DNA of 32,000 nucleotides from Phycisphaera mikurensis NBRC 102666. GTDB taxonomy: Bacteria; Planctomycetota; Phycisphaerae; Phycisphaerales; Phycisphaeraceae. Below are positions 1 through 9,146 of this stretch, in pieces. Numbering within the stretch: the stretch's first letter is position 1; every line of letters starts with the position of its first letter. The translations under genes were made by a program, and so were the position numbers. The DNA is taken from NCBI RefSeq assembly GCF_000284115.1, contig NC_017080.1:1170001-1202000 (forward strand), read 5' to 3'. A model generated the notes under the pieces. It was given only the letters and a program-made list of their open reading frames with translations, was not told the origin of the DNA and did not search any database.

Positions 1-1637
1 ACCGCGTGACGACGCGGCTCCGCGTCGATGGCCGGGTGGTCGACGCGCGGGAGGACCGCTTCGGGGTGCGGCACGTCGCCTTCGACGCGGCGACCGGCAT
101 GAAGCTCAACGGGGAGCCGCTCAAGCTCAAGGGCGTCTGCTGCCATCCCGACCACGCCGGCGTCGGCTCCGCCCTGCCCGACGACCTGCAGGTGTGGCGG
201 CTCGAGAAGCTGCGCGAGCTGGGCTGCAACGCGTACCGCGCGGCCCACAACCCGCCGACGCCGGAGGTTCTGGAGGCGTGCGACCGCCTGGGGATCCTCG
301 TCATCGACGAGGCCCGCGTCTTCGGCGTCGGCGAGGAGCACCTCGGACAGCTGGAGTCGATGATCCGCCGCGACCGCAACCACCCCTGCGTCATCCTCTG
401 GTCGCTGGCGAACGAGGAGATGCAGGTGCAGTGCACGCCCGTGGGCGCCCGGATGCTCAAGACGGCCCTGCGGCGGGCCCGCCGGCTCGACGCGACCCGC
501 GGCTTCACCACCGCGGTGAACACCGGGTGGGACGGCGAGGTCGGGTTCATCGAGCACGCCGACGTCCACGGCATCAACTACTTCGGCAACGGCGACATCG
601 ACGAGCTCCGCCGCGTGCGCCCCGACGTGCCGGTGATCCTCTCCGAAGGCGCGAGCGCCATCTGCACCCGCGGGGCGTACGCCAACGATCCCGCTGCGGG
701 TTACGTCGCCGAGTACGACGACCACACGCCGCCGCCGGCCCACCCGCAGCTGATGCAGTGGCCGCACTGGGGCCGCTGTGCCGGGGACTCCTGGCGTCAG
801 GTCGCCGCCCGCGCCGACGTCGCCGGCACCTTCGTCTGGACGGGCTTCGACTACCGGGGGGAGCAGACGCCCTACCAGCGTTGGCCCGGCACGGGCTCGC
901 ACTTCGGCATCTACGACAGCTGCGGCTTCCCCAAGGACGGGACCTCCTACTACAGGGCTTGGTGGTCGGGCGAGCCCGTGCTGCACGTCTTCCCGCACTG
1001 GAGCTGGCCGGGCCGCGAGGGGGAGACGATCGACGTGTGGGCCTACAGCAACGCCGCGACGGTCGAGCTGTTCTGCAACGGCCGTTCGTGCGGCGAGCGG
1101 AGCATCCCGCGGAACGGGCACGCGTCGTGGCCGGTTCCTTACGAGGCCGGCGAGCTGTCGGCGGTCGCCCGCTGGGCCGACGGATCGGAGCGTCGGGCGG
1201 TCGTCGAGACCGCCGGCCCGGCGGTGGGCCTGCGGCTGGAGCGGGTCGCGCCCGAGCTGAGGCTCGCAACGACGCCGGTGCTCGCGGGCGATCCGCAGCC
1301 CCGGACGCTCGGCATCGTCCAGGTCGCCGTCGTCGACGCCGCCGGCCGCACCGTGCCCACAGCGATGGACCGCCTGACCTTCTCGCTCGACGGCGGGGCG
1401 GTCCTGCTCGGCTTGGGCAACGGCGACCCCAACGCCGACGGCATCGAGGCCCCGCGTTCCGCCACCGCCGAACGCGGCGCCTTCCACGGCCTGGCCCAGG
1501 CGCTGGTCGGCCTCGCCGCGGGCACCCCCGCGGTGCTGCGGGTGGCTGCCCCGGGCCTGGAGGCCGGCGAGCTCCTCCTCGACGCGGAGACCGCCGTCTC
1601 CACCGCCGCCCCGCGGACCGAGCGGGTTACCGGCTGA
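1..1637 (+). CDS. Glycoside hydrolase family 2 / beta-galactosidase-like protein, 5'-truncated by the window edge
   Basis: Open frame from window start; GH2 motifs such as MKLNGEPLKLKGVCCHPDH, NAYRAAHNPPTPEVLEACDRLGILVIDEA, NHPCVILWSLANEE; stop TGA at 1635-1637. Confidence 0.93.
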   Translation, partial: RVTTRLRVDGRVVDAREDRFGVRHVAFDAATGMKLNGEPLKLKGVCCHPDHAGVGSALPDDLQVWRLEKLRELGCNAYRAAHNPPTPEVLEACDRLGILVIDEARVFGVGEEHLGQLESMIRRDRNHPCVILWSLANEEMQVQCTPVGARMLKTALRRARRLDATRGFTTAVNTGWDGEVGFIEHADVHGINYFGNGDIDELRRVRPDVPVILSEGASAICTRGAYANDPAAGYVAEYDDHTPPPAHPQLMQWPHWGRCAGDSWRQVAARADVAGTFVWTGFDYRGEQTPYQRWPGTGSHFGIYDSCGFPKDGTSYYRAWWSGEPVLHVFPHWSWPGREGETIDVWAYSNAATVELFCNGRSCGERSIPRNGHASWPVPYEAGELSAVARWADGSERRAVVETAGPAVGLRLERVAPELRLATTPVLAGDPQPRTLGIVQVAVVDAAGRTVPTAMDRLTFSLDGGAVLLGLGNGDPNADGIEAPRSATAERGAFHGLAQALVGLAAGTPAVLRVAAPGLEAGELLLDAETAVSTAAPRTERVTG

Positions 1638-1656
1638 TCGAGCCCGCGGTCCGCGG
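1611..1656. repeat. 46-bp dyad element, copy 1
   Basis: CCGCGGACCG-AGCGGGTTACCGGCTGATCGAGCCCG-CGGTCCGCGG. Confidence 0.75.
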
Positions 1657-1694
1657 AGACCTCGCGGCCCCCGCGAGACCGACGGGCTCCGGCG

Positions 1695-3900
1695 TCAATC
1701 GGCCCGGACGTGCCGCCAAACGCCGAAGCAGCCGGTGGTGACGATGAGGTCGCCGGTGTGCGGGTCCACGCGGACGGTCTGCGGCTCGCGGCCGCCGTCG
1801 AGCCCGTCGCCCGCGTCGCCGCCGCGGGCGAGCGGATCGGTGCGGTTGAGGTTCTCCCAGGTCGCGCCGCCATCGGTGCTGCGGAGCACGCCGGCGTCGG
1901 CGGTCTGCGTGTCCATGCGCTGGCCCGCGAAGACGCGGGAGCCGTCGGCGGGGTCGACGGCGACGGTGCGGACGCGGTGCTCGCCGGTGCCCACCGGCGG
2001 GGTGTCCACCAGCAGCAGCGGGTTGCCCAGCACCGCGGAGCGGTCGGCGTCGGGCAGGATCTTCCAGAGCCGGCCCTGGGTGACGATAAAGAGCCGGTCG
2101 CCCTCGGGCGTGGCGGCGGCGTCTTCCAGGGCGGCGGGAATCGTCATCAAGACCTCCCAGGTCTCGCCGCCGTCGGCGCTGCGGACGACGTCGTTCTCCG
2201 CGGAGCCGGGTCGCTGGAAGCCGCCGTAGAGGCGTCCGCGGGCGTCGGCGGCGAAGACGCCGCTGCAGCCGTCCATCCGCTCCCAGGTCTGGCCGCCGTC
2301 GGCGGTCCGCAGCGGGCCGGTGAAGGCGATCTCCGGGTCGCCGGGGTGCGAGAAGCCGCTGTCCTCGCCGTAGTTGGGTGATTCCCGATCGCCCACCCAG
2401 ACCGGGGCTTCGGGCACCGGGCTCCACGTGGCCCCGCCGTCGGTGCTGCGCTGCAGCACGCGCGGGCTGCCCCAGCCGCCGGTGGCCAGGCCGGTGACGA
2501 TCACCTCCGGGGAGATCGCCAGGCCGCCGTAGCAGAAGCCGCCCCACTCCAGCCCGCTCACCGGCGTGTACCGCCAGGTCGCGCCGCCGTCGTGGGTCAC
2601 GCCGCCGTTGTAGTCCTGGCTCGGCAGGAACCAGAGGCCCGCGTGGTGCGGGTTCACGTTGAAGCGGCCGGCGATGTAGATCGCGTTCTGCCCATCGCCG
2701 CTCCAGCGGAAGGTCTCGCCGCCGTCGTCGCTGGCGGTCGGCCAGTCGCCGCCGAAGGACAGCACGCGGTCGGGGTCGGTGGGGTGCCAGGCGTACACGC
2801 CCTCGCGGGCGTTCTGCGGCATGAAGGCGGTGCCGGGATCGACCGCGGCGTCGGCCCAGGTCCGCCCGCCGTCGTGGCTCACGTGCCGGCCGAAGAGGTA
2901 GTCGTCGGCCGCGGTGGTCACCAGCACGCGGTCCGGATCGGCGGGGCTGACGGCGGGCAGCTGGAAGCGCACGCCGCTGCGGCCCGCGTCGTCGACGACG
3001 GTGCCGCCCTCGGTCCGCGGGTTGCCGAGCCCCGCGCGGCCGGACTCCGCCCAGCTCTCGCCGCCGTCGGTGGAGGCCATGATCCCGTCGGGCCGGGTCA
3101 TCCACAGCCGGCCGTCGGGGCCGGCGGCCAGGCCGGTGCAGGGCCGGTCGAGCACGCGGCGGAAGCTCTCGCCGCGGTCGTCGCTGACGAATACGCCACG
3201 CTCGTTGCCGGCGAGGAGCCGGCCGGTCGTCGGATGGACGGCCAGCGAACTGTGGCCGGCGACGTCGCTGGCCGCGTCGTTGAGCCGCGTCCAGGTGCGG
3301 CCGCCGTCGCCGGAGCGGTAGAGGCCGGGCAGGTACTCGAACTCGCCCCAGTTCTCGCGGTTGAACTCCTCGGTCCGCGACCAGTAGACCACGCGCGTGA
3401 GGCTCGCGGCGTCGTCGCGGGTGGTCGGATCGAAGACGATCTTCTGCCGGCGGTCGCGGAAGTTCGACAGCGCGGCGCGGAAGACCGGCCGCCAGGAGGC
3501 GGCGCGGTCCTCGGAGAGGTAGAGGCCGTTGACGGCCGAGCCCATCGAGTTCATCCCGTCGCTGAGCACGCGGGCGGGGAAGTGCGGGTCGATCGCCACG
3601 TCGCTGCTGCCGCGCGGCGTGTGGCCGACGTTGCACGGCTCCCACGTCGTCCCGCCGTCGAGGCTGCGCCACATCCCGCCGACGTCGGTGGTGAAGAGCG
3701 CGAGCCCGCCGTCGGTCTTGTCCATCGCGACGTCGTACGGCCACTGGCAGCCCTCGCCGCCGAAGCGGGCGCCGGCGTCGAGCGCGGCCTGGGTGACCAG
3801 CGGGATGCGCTGCCAGCCGGCGGGTTCGGCGGCGGCGGGATGCGGCGGAAGGCCGACGGCGGCCAGCGCGATCGGCACGAGTCGGCGGAGGTTTCTCATC
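1695..3900 (-). CDS. Secreted BNR/Asp-box repeat (sialidase/GH74-like) beta-propeller protein
   Basis: Repeated Asp-box motifs (SLDGGTTWEP, SGDGGRTWTR, STDGGESW, SHDGGRTWAD, STDGGATWSP, SADGGETWEV); signal peptide after MRNLRRL; ATG at 3898-3900. Confidence 0.85.
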
Positions 3901-3999
3901 GAATGAAGGTCGTGCGGGGGCGGGGCAGGCGCCGCGTGCGGAGCCGGCGACCACATCCGGGCCGGAGCGCGGCAGGAAGGATCGCCGGCGCGGCGAGGA

Positions 4000-4821
4000 T
4001 CACGGCCGCCGGACGCGCGTCATCGAGATGGGCACCGCGCCGAACACCATGTTCTCGACGTGGCCGTCGCCGAAGACGGCGTTGGCGTAGGTGTCGCCGC
4101 CGTGGCGGAAGCGGACGTGGCCGCCGTTCTGGGCCTGCGGGGTGTCGGTGTTGTCGCCCATGTCCGCCAGGTCGGTGGGGTTGTCGCCGGCGGTGAGCAC
4201 GAGGCCCTGGTAGAAGATGCGGTTGCCGTCGGTGCGGTTGGCCAGCGGATTCACCGAGTTGCCCTCGTCTGGCCGCTGCACGCCGTCGGCGACGACGAAC
4301 AGCTCGGAGGGAGCGATCATCCGCTCGATGGGGTACGTGTCGAAGTTGCCCGACGCGAACGCCCACGTGTCGCCCGCGTTGATGTCCGGCAGCAGCCGCG
4401 GGTGCGCGCTGTAGTGATTGCCCACCGGTCCGCCGGGGCCCTCCTCCGCCTCGCCGCACTGGAGCACCTTGGCTCGCTGCTGAGCAACGGAGGCCCCCAC
4501 CTCGCTGCCGCCCATGTAGCCGTCGGGCAGGATGAAGGTCCAGTCCTCGTAGGCCGGCGTCGGGCCGTAGTGGGCGACGCCCGGCGGCATGGTGCCGTAG
4601 TCGACGTCGTACGCGGCGAGGCCGATGCCCACCTGCTTCAGGTTGCTGGCGCAGGCGGCGGCGCGTCCGGCCGCGCGGGCGGCGCCCAGCGCCGGCAGCA
4701 GGATGCCGATCAAGAGCGCGATGATCGAGATCACCACCAGCAGCTCGATCAGCGTGAAGGCGCGGCGGGCGGCGGAGGGGCCGGCGGCAGCCCGCGAGCG
4801 GAGGGGGGTGGGGTTTCTCAT
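4000..4821 (-). CDS. Prepilin-type N-terminal cleavage/methylation domain protein (PulG/DUF1559-like)
   Basis: [31 protein letters not shown] prepilin signature; C-terminal FGDGHV motif. Confidence 0.88.
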   Translation of the reverse strand: MRNPTPLRSRAAAGPSAARRAFTLIELLVVISIIALLIGILLPALGAARAAGRAAACASNLKQVGIGLAAYDVDYGTMPPGVAHYGPTPAYEDWTFILPDGYMGGSEVGASVAQQRAKVLQCGEAEEGPGGPVGNHYSAHPRLLPDINAGDTWAFASGNFDTYPIERMIAPSELFVVADGVQRPDEGNSVNPLANRTDGNRIFYQGLVLTAGDNPTDLADMGDNTDTPQAQNGGHVRFRHGGDTYANAVFGDGHVENMVFGAVPISMTRVRRP

Positions 4822-4905
4822 GGCGTCACCGGAGGCGGTGGGGAGGGGGGTGGAAGCGGAAAGGCGGGTGAACCGCGGTGGCGGCTCCGTCGACGCGGCG
4901 GCGGC

Positions 4906-5643
4906 TCAGCCGGGCTCGGCGGGCAGGCTCGTCACGCGGAGCGTGAAGTCGTCGAACGACTCGTGCCCGGTGGGCTGGAGCAGGAGGCCGGCGGCATCGA
5001 GCGTGCCCGCCGGCAGCGCGACCGGCGGGGCGGCGGTGTCCAGCCCCATCGTGGTGCCGGGCAGGAAAGAGAGCGGGACCCAGGCCCGGCCGGCGACGTC
5101 GAGCGTGTGGCGGGTCGCGGCCGAGGCGAAGGCACGCCCGCGCGCGGCGGCCGCCGGGCGGAAGGCTTCGGCGGTGGCGAACCAGCGGCCGTCCACGCGG
5201 GCGGTGAAGCGGACGGCGTCGGCCTGGCTGAGCTGCGCGTCGACGGAGGCGTCCGCCAGCGGCGTACTGGAGAGGTCGATCGCCACCTCCTCGGTGAGGT
5301 AGTGGGTGAAGCCGTTCCACCACGGGTCGCCGCCGGGCGCGGCCGGGCCGAGGGTGTTGGAGAGGAAGCCGGGCTCGCTCTCGCCCCCGCCCTCGCCCCC
5401 GCTCCCGGCTTCGGGGCTCACGAGGCTCGCCGTCGCGGCGTTGTCCGCCTGGTCGTGGCCCTCGTTGCCGAGGTGGTAGGACCAGCCGACCGCGGCGAGC
5501 GGCCGGGGCGAGCCGGTGCCGTTTGCGAAGTCTTCGTGGTAGGCCACGGCCGGGGCGGAGGCGGGCCCGGCCGCGGCGAGCGAGGCGCAAGCGGCCGCGG
5601 CGACGAGCGGGAGCAGGGCGGGCTGGGAGCGGAGCCGGGGCAT
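4906..5643 (-). CDS. Secreted hypothetical protein
   Basis: Signal peptide MPRLRSQPALLPLVAAAACASLAAAGPASA; same strand and close spacing with neighbours. Confidence 0.6.
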   Translation of the reverse strand: MPRLRSQPALLPLVAAAACASLAAAGPASAPAVAYHEDFANGTGSPRPLAAVGWSYHLGNEGHDQADNAATASLVSPEAGSGGEGGGESEPGFLSNTLGPAAPGGDPWWNGFTHYLTEEVAIDLSSTPLADASVDAQLSQADAVRFTARVDGRWFATAEAFRPAAAARGRAFASAATRHTLDVAGRAWVPLSFLPGTTMGLDTAAPPVALPAGTLDAAGLLLQPTGHESFDDFTLRVTSLPAEPG

Positions 5644-5680
5644 GCAGCAGAACGCGGAAGAAGGCGGCGAGAGAGACCCT

Positions 5681-6940
5681 TCAGATGCGGCGGACGGTGT
5701 TGCCGTCGTGCCAGCGCATCGGCAGACGGGTCAGCGATGGCGGCGGGTGGCCGGCGAGCCAGCCGCGGGCCTGCTCGGCGAGCTGCGCCCCGATCTCGCG
5801 CAGGGGCGTGGCGGCGCCGCTGGCGTCGGGGCTGAGCAGCCGGGTGACGCCGGGGTGCTGGCGGTCGATGACGGCGACGCTGAGGTCCTCGGGGATCCGA
5901 AGCCGGCCGGCGCGGGCGAGGTGGCCGAGGTTCTCCGCCGGGGCGTAGTGGCCGCAGATGACCGCCGTCGGCCGGGCGTGGTCGATCCAGGCGAGCAGCG
6001 CCTCGTCGGTGCGGGAGGAACGCAGGTCGGCCTCGCGGGACGGGAGCCAGTGCATGAGCGCCTCCTCGGCGTCCGCCCCCAGCTCGCGGCAGGAGGTAAG
6101 CCACTGCTCGTGCCGCTCGAAGACCCACGGTCCGTTCCAACGCCGCATCGCCATCCCGATGCGGCGGTGCCCCCGCTCCACCAGCTCGCGGACGACCATC
6201 GCCACGCCGGAGCGGTTGTCCTCGCAGGTCCGCGGAGCGTCGAGTTCGGGGAACATCGTGCCCGCGACCAGGCACCTCATCCCGCGCTCGGCGGCCACCC
6301 GCACGAGCATCGCGTCGTCGGGGCTCGCCGAGAGGCAGACCAGCACGTCGGGCGCCGCCTCCTCCAGCCGGGCGATCGAGGCGGTGAGGGAATCCGCGTA
6401 GCCGGCGAGCAGCTCGATGCGCACCGGCCGGGTGTCCGCGGCGTCGGTGTCTGGAGCCTCGGACGCGGCGCCGGCTGCGGGGCCGTGCAGCCCCGAGACG
6501 CCCCGCATCACGTCGCCGGTGAACCAGTCGTGCGCCGGATCGCGGCCGTTGAAGGCCAGCACCCCCAGCCGCAGCGGCGCGGCGGCGCCGCGGACCGCGG
6601 GGCCCGCGACCGCTTCAGGCCCGCGGTCCGCGGCTTGGGTGCGACCCACGTAGGTGCCCCGGCCCGCGCAACGCCGCAGCCACCCGCCGTCCCGCAGCCC
6701 GCCCAGGGCCCGGCGGACGCTCGACCGGGAGAGCCCCGTGGCGGCCACCAGCTCCTCGTCGGTGAAGAAGCGGTCGCCCGCCGAGAATCCGCCCCCGCGG
6801 AGCAGGCCGCGGACGCGCTCGCCGAGCTGCTCCACCGAGCCGCGCTGCGGGTAGGGCCGGCCGAGCACGCCCAGAGCGTCGGCGATCGTGTCGCCCGCGG
6901 GCTCGGTGCCCGGAGCATCCTCGGAGAGAGTCTGAATCAT
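5681..6940 (-). CDS. Transcriptional regulator: GntR-type winged HTH fused to LacI-type periplasmic-binding-like sensor
   Basis: GERVRGLLRGGGFSAGDRFFTDEELVAATGLSRSSVRRALGGLRDGGWLRRCAGRGTYVG HTH; LRLGVLAFNGRDPAHDWF and VICGHYAPAENLGHLARAGRLRIPEDLSVAVIDRQHPG sensor motifs; ATG at 6938-6940. Confidence 0.85.
   Translation of the reverse strand: MIQTLSEDAPGTEPAGDTIADALGVLGRPYPQRGSVEQLGERVRGLLRGGGFSAGDRFFTDEELVAATGLSRSSVRRALGGLRDGGWLRRCAGRGTYVGRTQAADRGPEAVAGPAVRGAAAPLRLGVLAFNGRDPAHDWFTGDVMRGVSGLHGPAAGAASEAPDTDAADTRPVRIELLAGYADSLTASIARLEEAAPDVLVCLSASPDDAMLVRVAAERGMRCLVAGTMFPELDAPRTCEDNRSGVAMVVRELVERGHRRIGMAMRRWNGPWVFERHEQWLTSCRELGADAEEALMHWLPSREADLRSSRTDEALLAWIDHARPTAVICGHYAPAENLGHLARAGRLRIPEDLSVAVIDRQHPGVTRLLSPDASGAATPLREIGAQLAEQARGWLAGHPPPSLTRLPMRWHDGNTVRRI
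6588..6633. repeat. 46-bp dyad element, copy 2, inside regulator CDS; arms extend to 14 bp
   Basis: CCGCGGACCG-CGGGGCCCGCGACCGCTTCAGGCCCG-CGGTCCGCGG. Confidence 0.75.
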
Positions 6941-6979
6941 GGTGGGGGGCGGCTCCCGCGTGGAAGAAGAGCCGGAAAG

Positions 6980-7007
6980 CCGCTCGCCCGCGGTGGCGGG
7001 CGAGCGG
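6980..7007 (-). terminator. Candidate hairpin terminator downstream of the PEP-CTERM gene
   Basis: Perfect 12-bp inverted repeat CCGCTCGCCCGC-GGTG-GCGGGCGAGCGG, followed on the minus strand by GCTTTCC (weak U-tract). Confidence 0.5.
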
Positions 7008-7027
7008 TGCAAGAGGCGGAGGCTCGC

Positions 7028-7657
7028 TCAGGCGCGCCGGCGCAGCAGCGCGAACGCCCCGAGGCCCAGCAGCGCCAGCGAGCCGGGCTCGGGGATGACG
7101 TCGACCCGGAGGTCGTCGACGTTGATCGTCTGGTCGGTGCCGAGGTTTTCGATTCGGATCCCCACGGATGCCGTGTTCGTCGGCGCGATCGCACCGGCCA
7201 GGCTGAGGTTCTGCTGGTAGTTGAAGGCGGGAGCGGTCGCGAGGAAGGTGTCGCTCTCGGACCCGATCAGCGTCCCGCTGGCGTCGAAGAACTCGATGGC
7301 GGCCGTGATGCCCGGCCCGGCACCTTCGGTCCGGCCGCTGAACAGCAGCGAGTACTCCTCACCCGCCGCCGCGGCGGGGCGGTCGCCCGCGTCCGTGGTC
7401 AGCGCGATGTTCTTGAAGTAGAAGTCGTTGGAGCCATCGACGGCGGGGTCGCTCGCGCGGCTGTTGTCGGTCCCGTAGAAGCCGCCGCCGGGGAGGAAGA
7501 CGACGTCGAAGCCCGGGACGGGCTGGGGCGAAGCGTTCGCGCTGGTGATGAAGCCGATGTTCTCGTCTTCGAAGCTGCCGTTGACGAGCGCCACCGGCGC
7601 GGCGGCGGCGGAGCAGGCGAGCGCGGTTGCCGACACGGCGGCGAGGGAGGGGAGCAT
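7028..7657 (-). CDS. PEP-CTERM sorting domain exported protein
   Basis: C-terminal VIPEPGSLALLGLGAFALLRRRA; N-terminal signal peptide; start could be the in-frame TTG a few codons upstream. Confidence 0.85.
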   Translation of the reverse strand: MLPSLAAVSATALACSAAAAPVALVNGSFEDENIGFITSANASPQPVPGFDVVFLPGGGFYGTDNSRASDPAVDGSNDFYFKNIALTTDAGDRPAAAAGEEYSLLFSGRTEGAGPGITAAIEFFDASGTLIGSESDTFLATAPAFNYQQNLSLAGAIAPTNTASVGIRIENLGTDQTINVDDLRVDVIPEPGSLALLGLGAFALLRRRA

Positions 7658-7771
7658 GCGGGCCAAGGGTGAACTCCTCAAAGTTCGGGGAAGGAAATGC
7701 GACCCCGCGGCGGTGCGGGGATGCGGAATACGCGGATCGAGATCGATGAGAGCCGGAGAACGAGCCTCTAG

Positions 7772-7783
7772 AGAACCTGTTCT
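7772..7783. promoter_or_regulatory. Candidate operator dyad just downstream of the TAGAAT -10
   Basis: AGAAC-CT-GTTCT (5-bp arms, 2-bp spacer). Confidence 0.35.
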
Positions 7784-7789
7784 GAATCA

Positions 7790-7817
7790 ATTCTAACCAC
7801 CCGCCGCCGCGGGTCAA
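7790..7817 (-). promoter_or_regulatory. Candidate sigma70-type promoter for the 7028-7657 gene
   Basis: Minus strand TTGACC (7812-7817), 16-bp spacer, TAGAAT (7790-7795). Confidence 0.5.
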
Positions 7818-7967
7818 GCGGGCGGCCGCTCGGAGCGGGGGCCGACACGCCGCCGCGCCGTTTGGGGAGCCGGTGCGGACCGAAGAAGGGCGCGGCTGCG
7901 GGCAAGCGGCGTCGCCGGCCCGGAGGCGCCGCCCCGGCCGCTCGCGGCGGGCGGGTAGCGTCGGGCG

Positions 7968-9146
7968 ATGCGTCAAGCCCCGCCGGCCGTGCTCCTGCTC
8001 CTGCTCCTGCTCCTGGCGTTTCTCCCGCTTGGTGCCTGCGCCGGCGCCGGCGGGGCGGGGGGCCCCGCGACGGCCCGCTTCGCCGCCTTCAACACGTCGC
8101 TCTCGGCGGAAGGCACGGCGGATTCGCCGGCGTACCTGGCGGCCGCGGAGGAGGCCAGCCCGCTCGCGGAGAAGGCCCGGGCGGTGGCGGCGGTGCTGCG
8201 GGCGGTGCGGCCGGACGTGGTCCTGCTCAGCGAGTTCGACGACGCGGGCGACGGCCGATCGATCGCCCGCCTCGTTGCGATGCTGCAGGAGGAGGGCGGA
8301 GCCGGCGGCGAGCCGCTGCAGTACACGGCGGCGTGGCACCCGCCGGTGAACACAGGCGAGCCCTCAGGCCTGGACCTCGACGCCGACGGAGCGGTGGGCG
8401 GCCCCGGCGACGCCTGGGGCTGGGGCACGTACCCGGGCCAGTTCGGGCTGCTGCTGCTCTCACGCTTCCCGATCGATGCGGCGGACGCGAGGAGCTTCCG
8501 CCTCGTGCGTTGGGCGGACCAGCCGGAGAACGCGATGCCGGCGGGCTTCTACCCCGCGGGGGTCGCGGAAGAGCTCCGCCTGTCGAGCAAGACGCACGCC
8601 GATGTCGGCGTGCGGGTGCCGCTGCCCGGCGGCGGCGAGCGCGAGGTCCGCGTGCTCGTCAGCCACCCCACGCCGCCGGTCTTCGACGGCCCCGAAGACC
8701 GCAACGGCCGCCGCAACGCCGACGAGATCCGCTTCTGGACGAGGTACCTCTCCGGGCCGGAGACCGCCGGGGTCCCGGCCGTCCTTCTCGGCGACCTCAA
8801 CGCCGACCCCTTCGACGGGGAGGGCGACCCCGCGGCGATCCGCGGCCTGCTCGCCGCCCCCGGCGTCCGCGGCGTGCCCACGCCAGCGAGCGCGGGCGGG
8901 CCCGCCGCGGCGGAGCGCGACGGCGGCGCGAACGCCACGCACCGCGGCCCGGCCGCGCACGACACCGCCGACTTCGGCGATGCGGGGCCGCACGGGCCGG
9001 GCAACCTCCGCGTCGACTACGCGTTGCCGGTCCGCCTCGAGCCGCTCGGGGCGGGCGTCTTCTGGCCGGCCGACGGCCCGATGGCCGAGGCCGCCGCGGC
9101 GGCCTCGGATCACCGGCTGGTGTGGGTGGACGTCCGGGTGGACTGA
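7968..9146 (+). CDS. Endonuclease/exonuclease/phosphatase family lipoprotein
   Basis: Lipobox-like LPLGAC after a hydrophobic stretch; RPDVVLLSEFDD, VLLGDLNADPFDG, LRVDYALP, SDHRLVWVDV motifs. Confidence 0.88.
   Translation: MRQAPPAVLLLLLLLLAFLPLGACAGAGGAGGPATARFAAFNTSLSAEGTADSPAYLAAAEEASPLAEKARAVAAVLRAVRPDVVLLSEFDDAGDGRSIARLVAMLQEEGGAGGEPLQYTAAWHPPVNTGEPSGLDLDADGAVGGPGDAWGWGTYPGQFGLLLLSRFPIDAADARSFRLVRWADQPENAMPAGFYPAGVAEELRLSSKTHADVGVRVPLPGGGEREVRVLVSHPTPPVFDGPEDRNGRRNADEIRFWTRYLSGPETAGVPAVLLGDLNADPFDGEGDPAAIRGLLAAPGVRGVPTPASAGGPAAAERDGGANATHRGPAAHDTADFGDAGPHGPGNLRVDYALPVRLEPLGAGVFWPADGPMAEAAAAASDHRLVWVDVRVD

Noticed and set aside
1741-1790. Further dyad-element copies at near matches such as 1770 (CGCGGACGGTCT), 3371 (CGGTCCGCGA) and 17755 (GGGTCCGCGG)
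   Set aside because: No matching arm at the 36-bp offset; treated as chance or codon-driven similarity.
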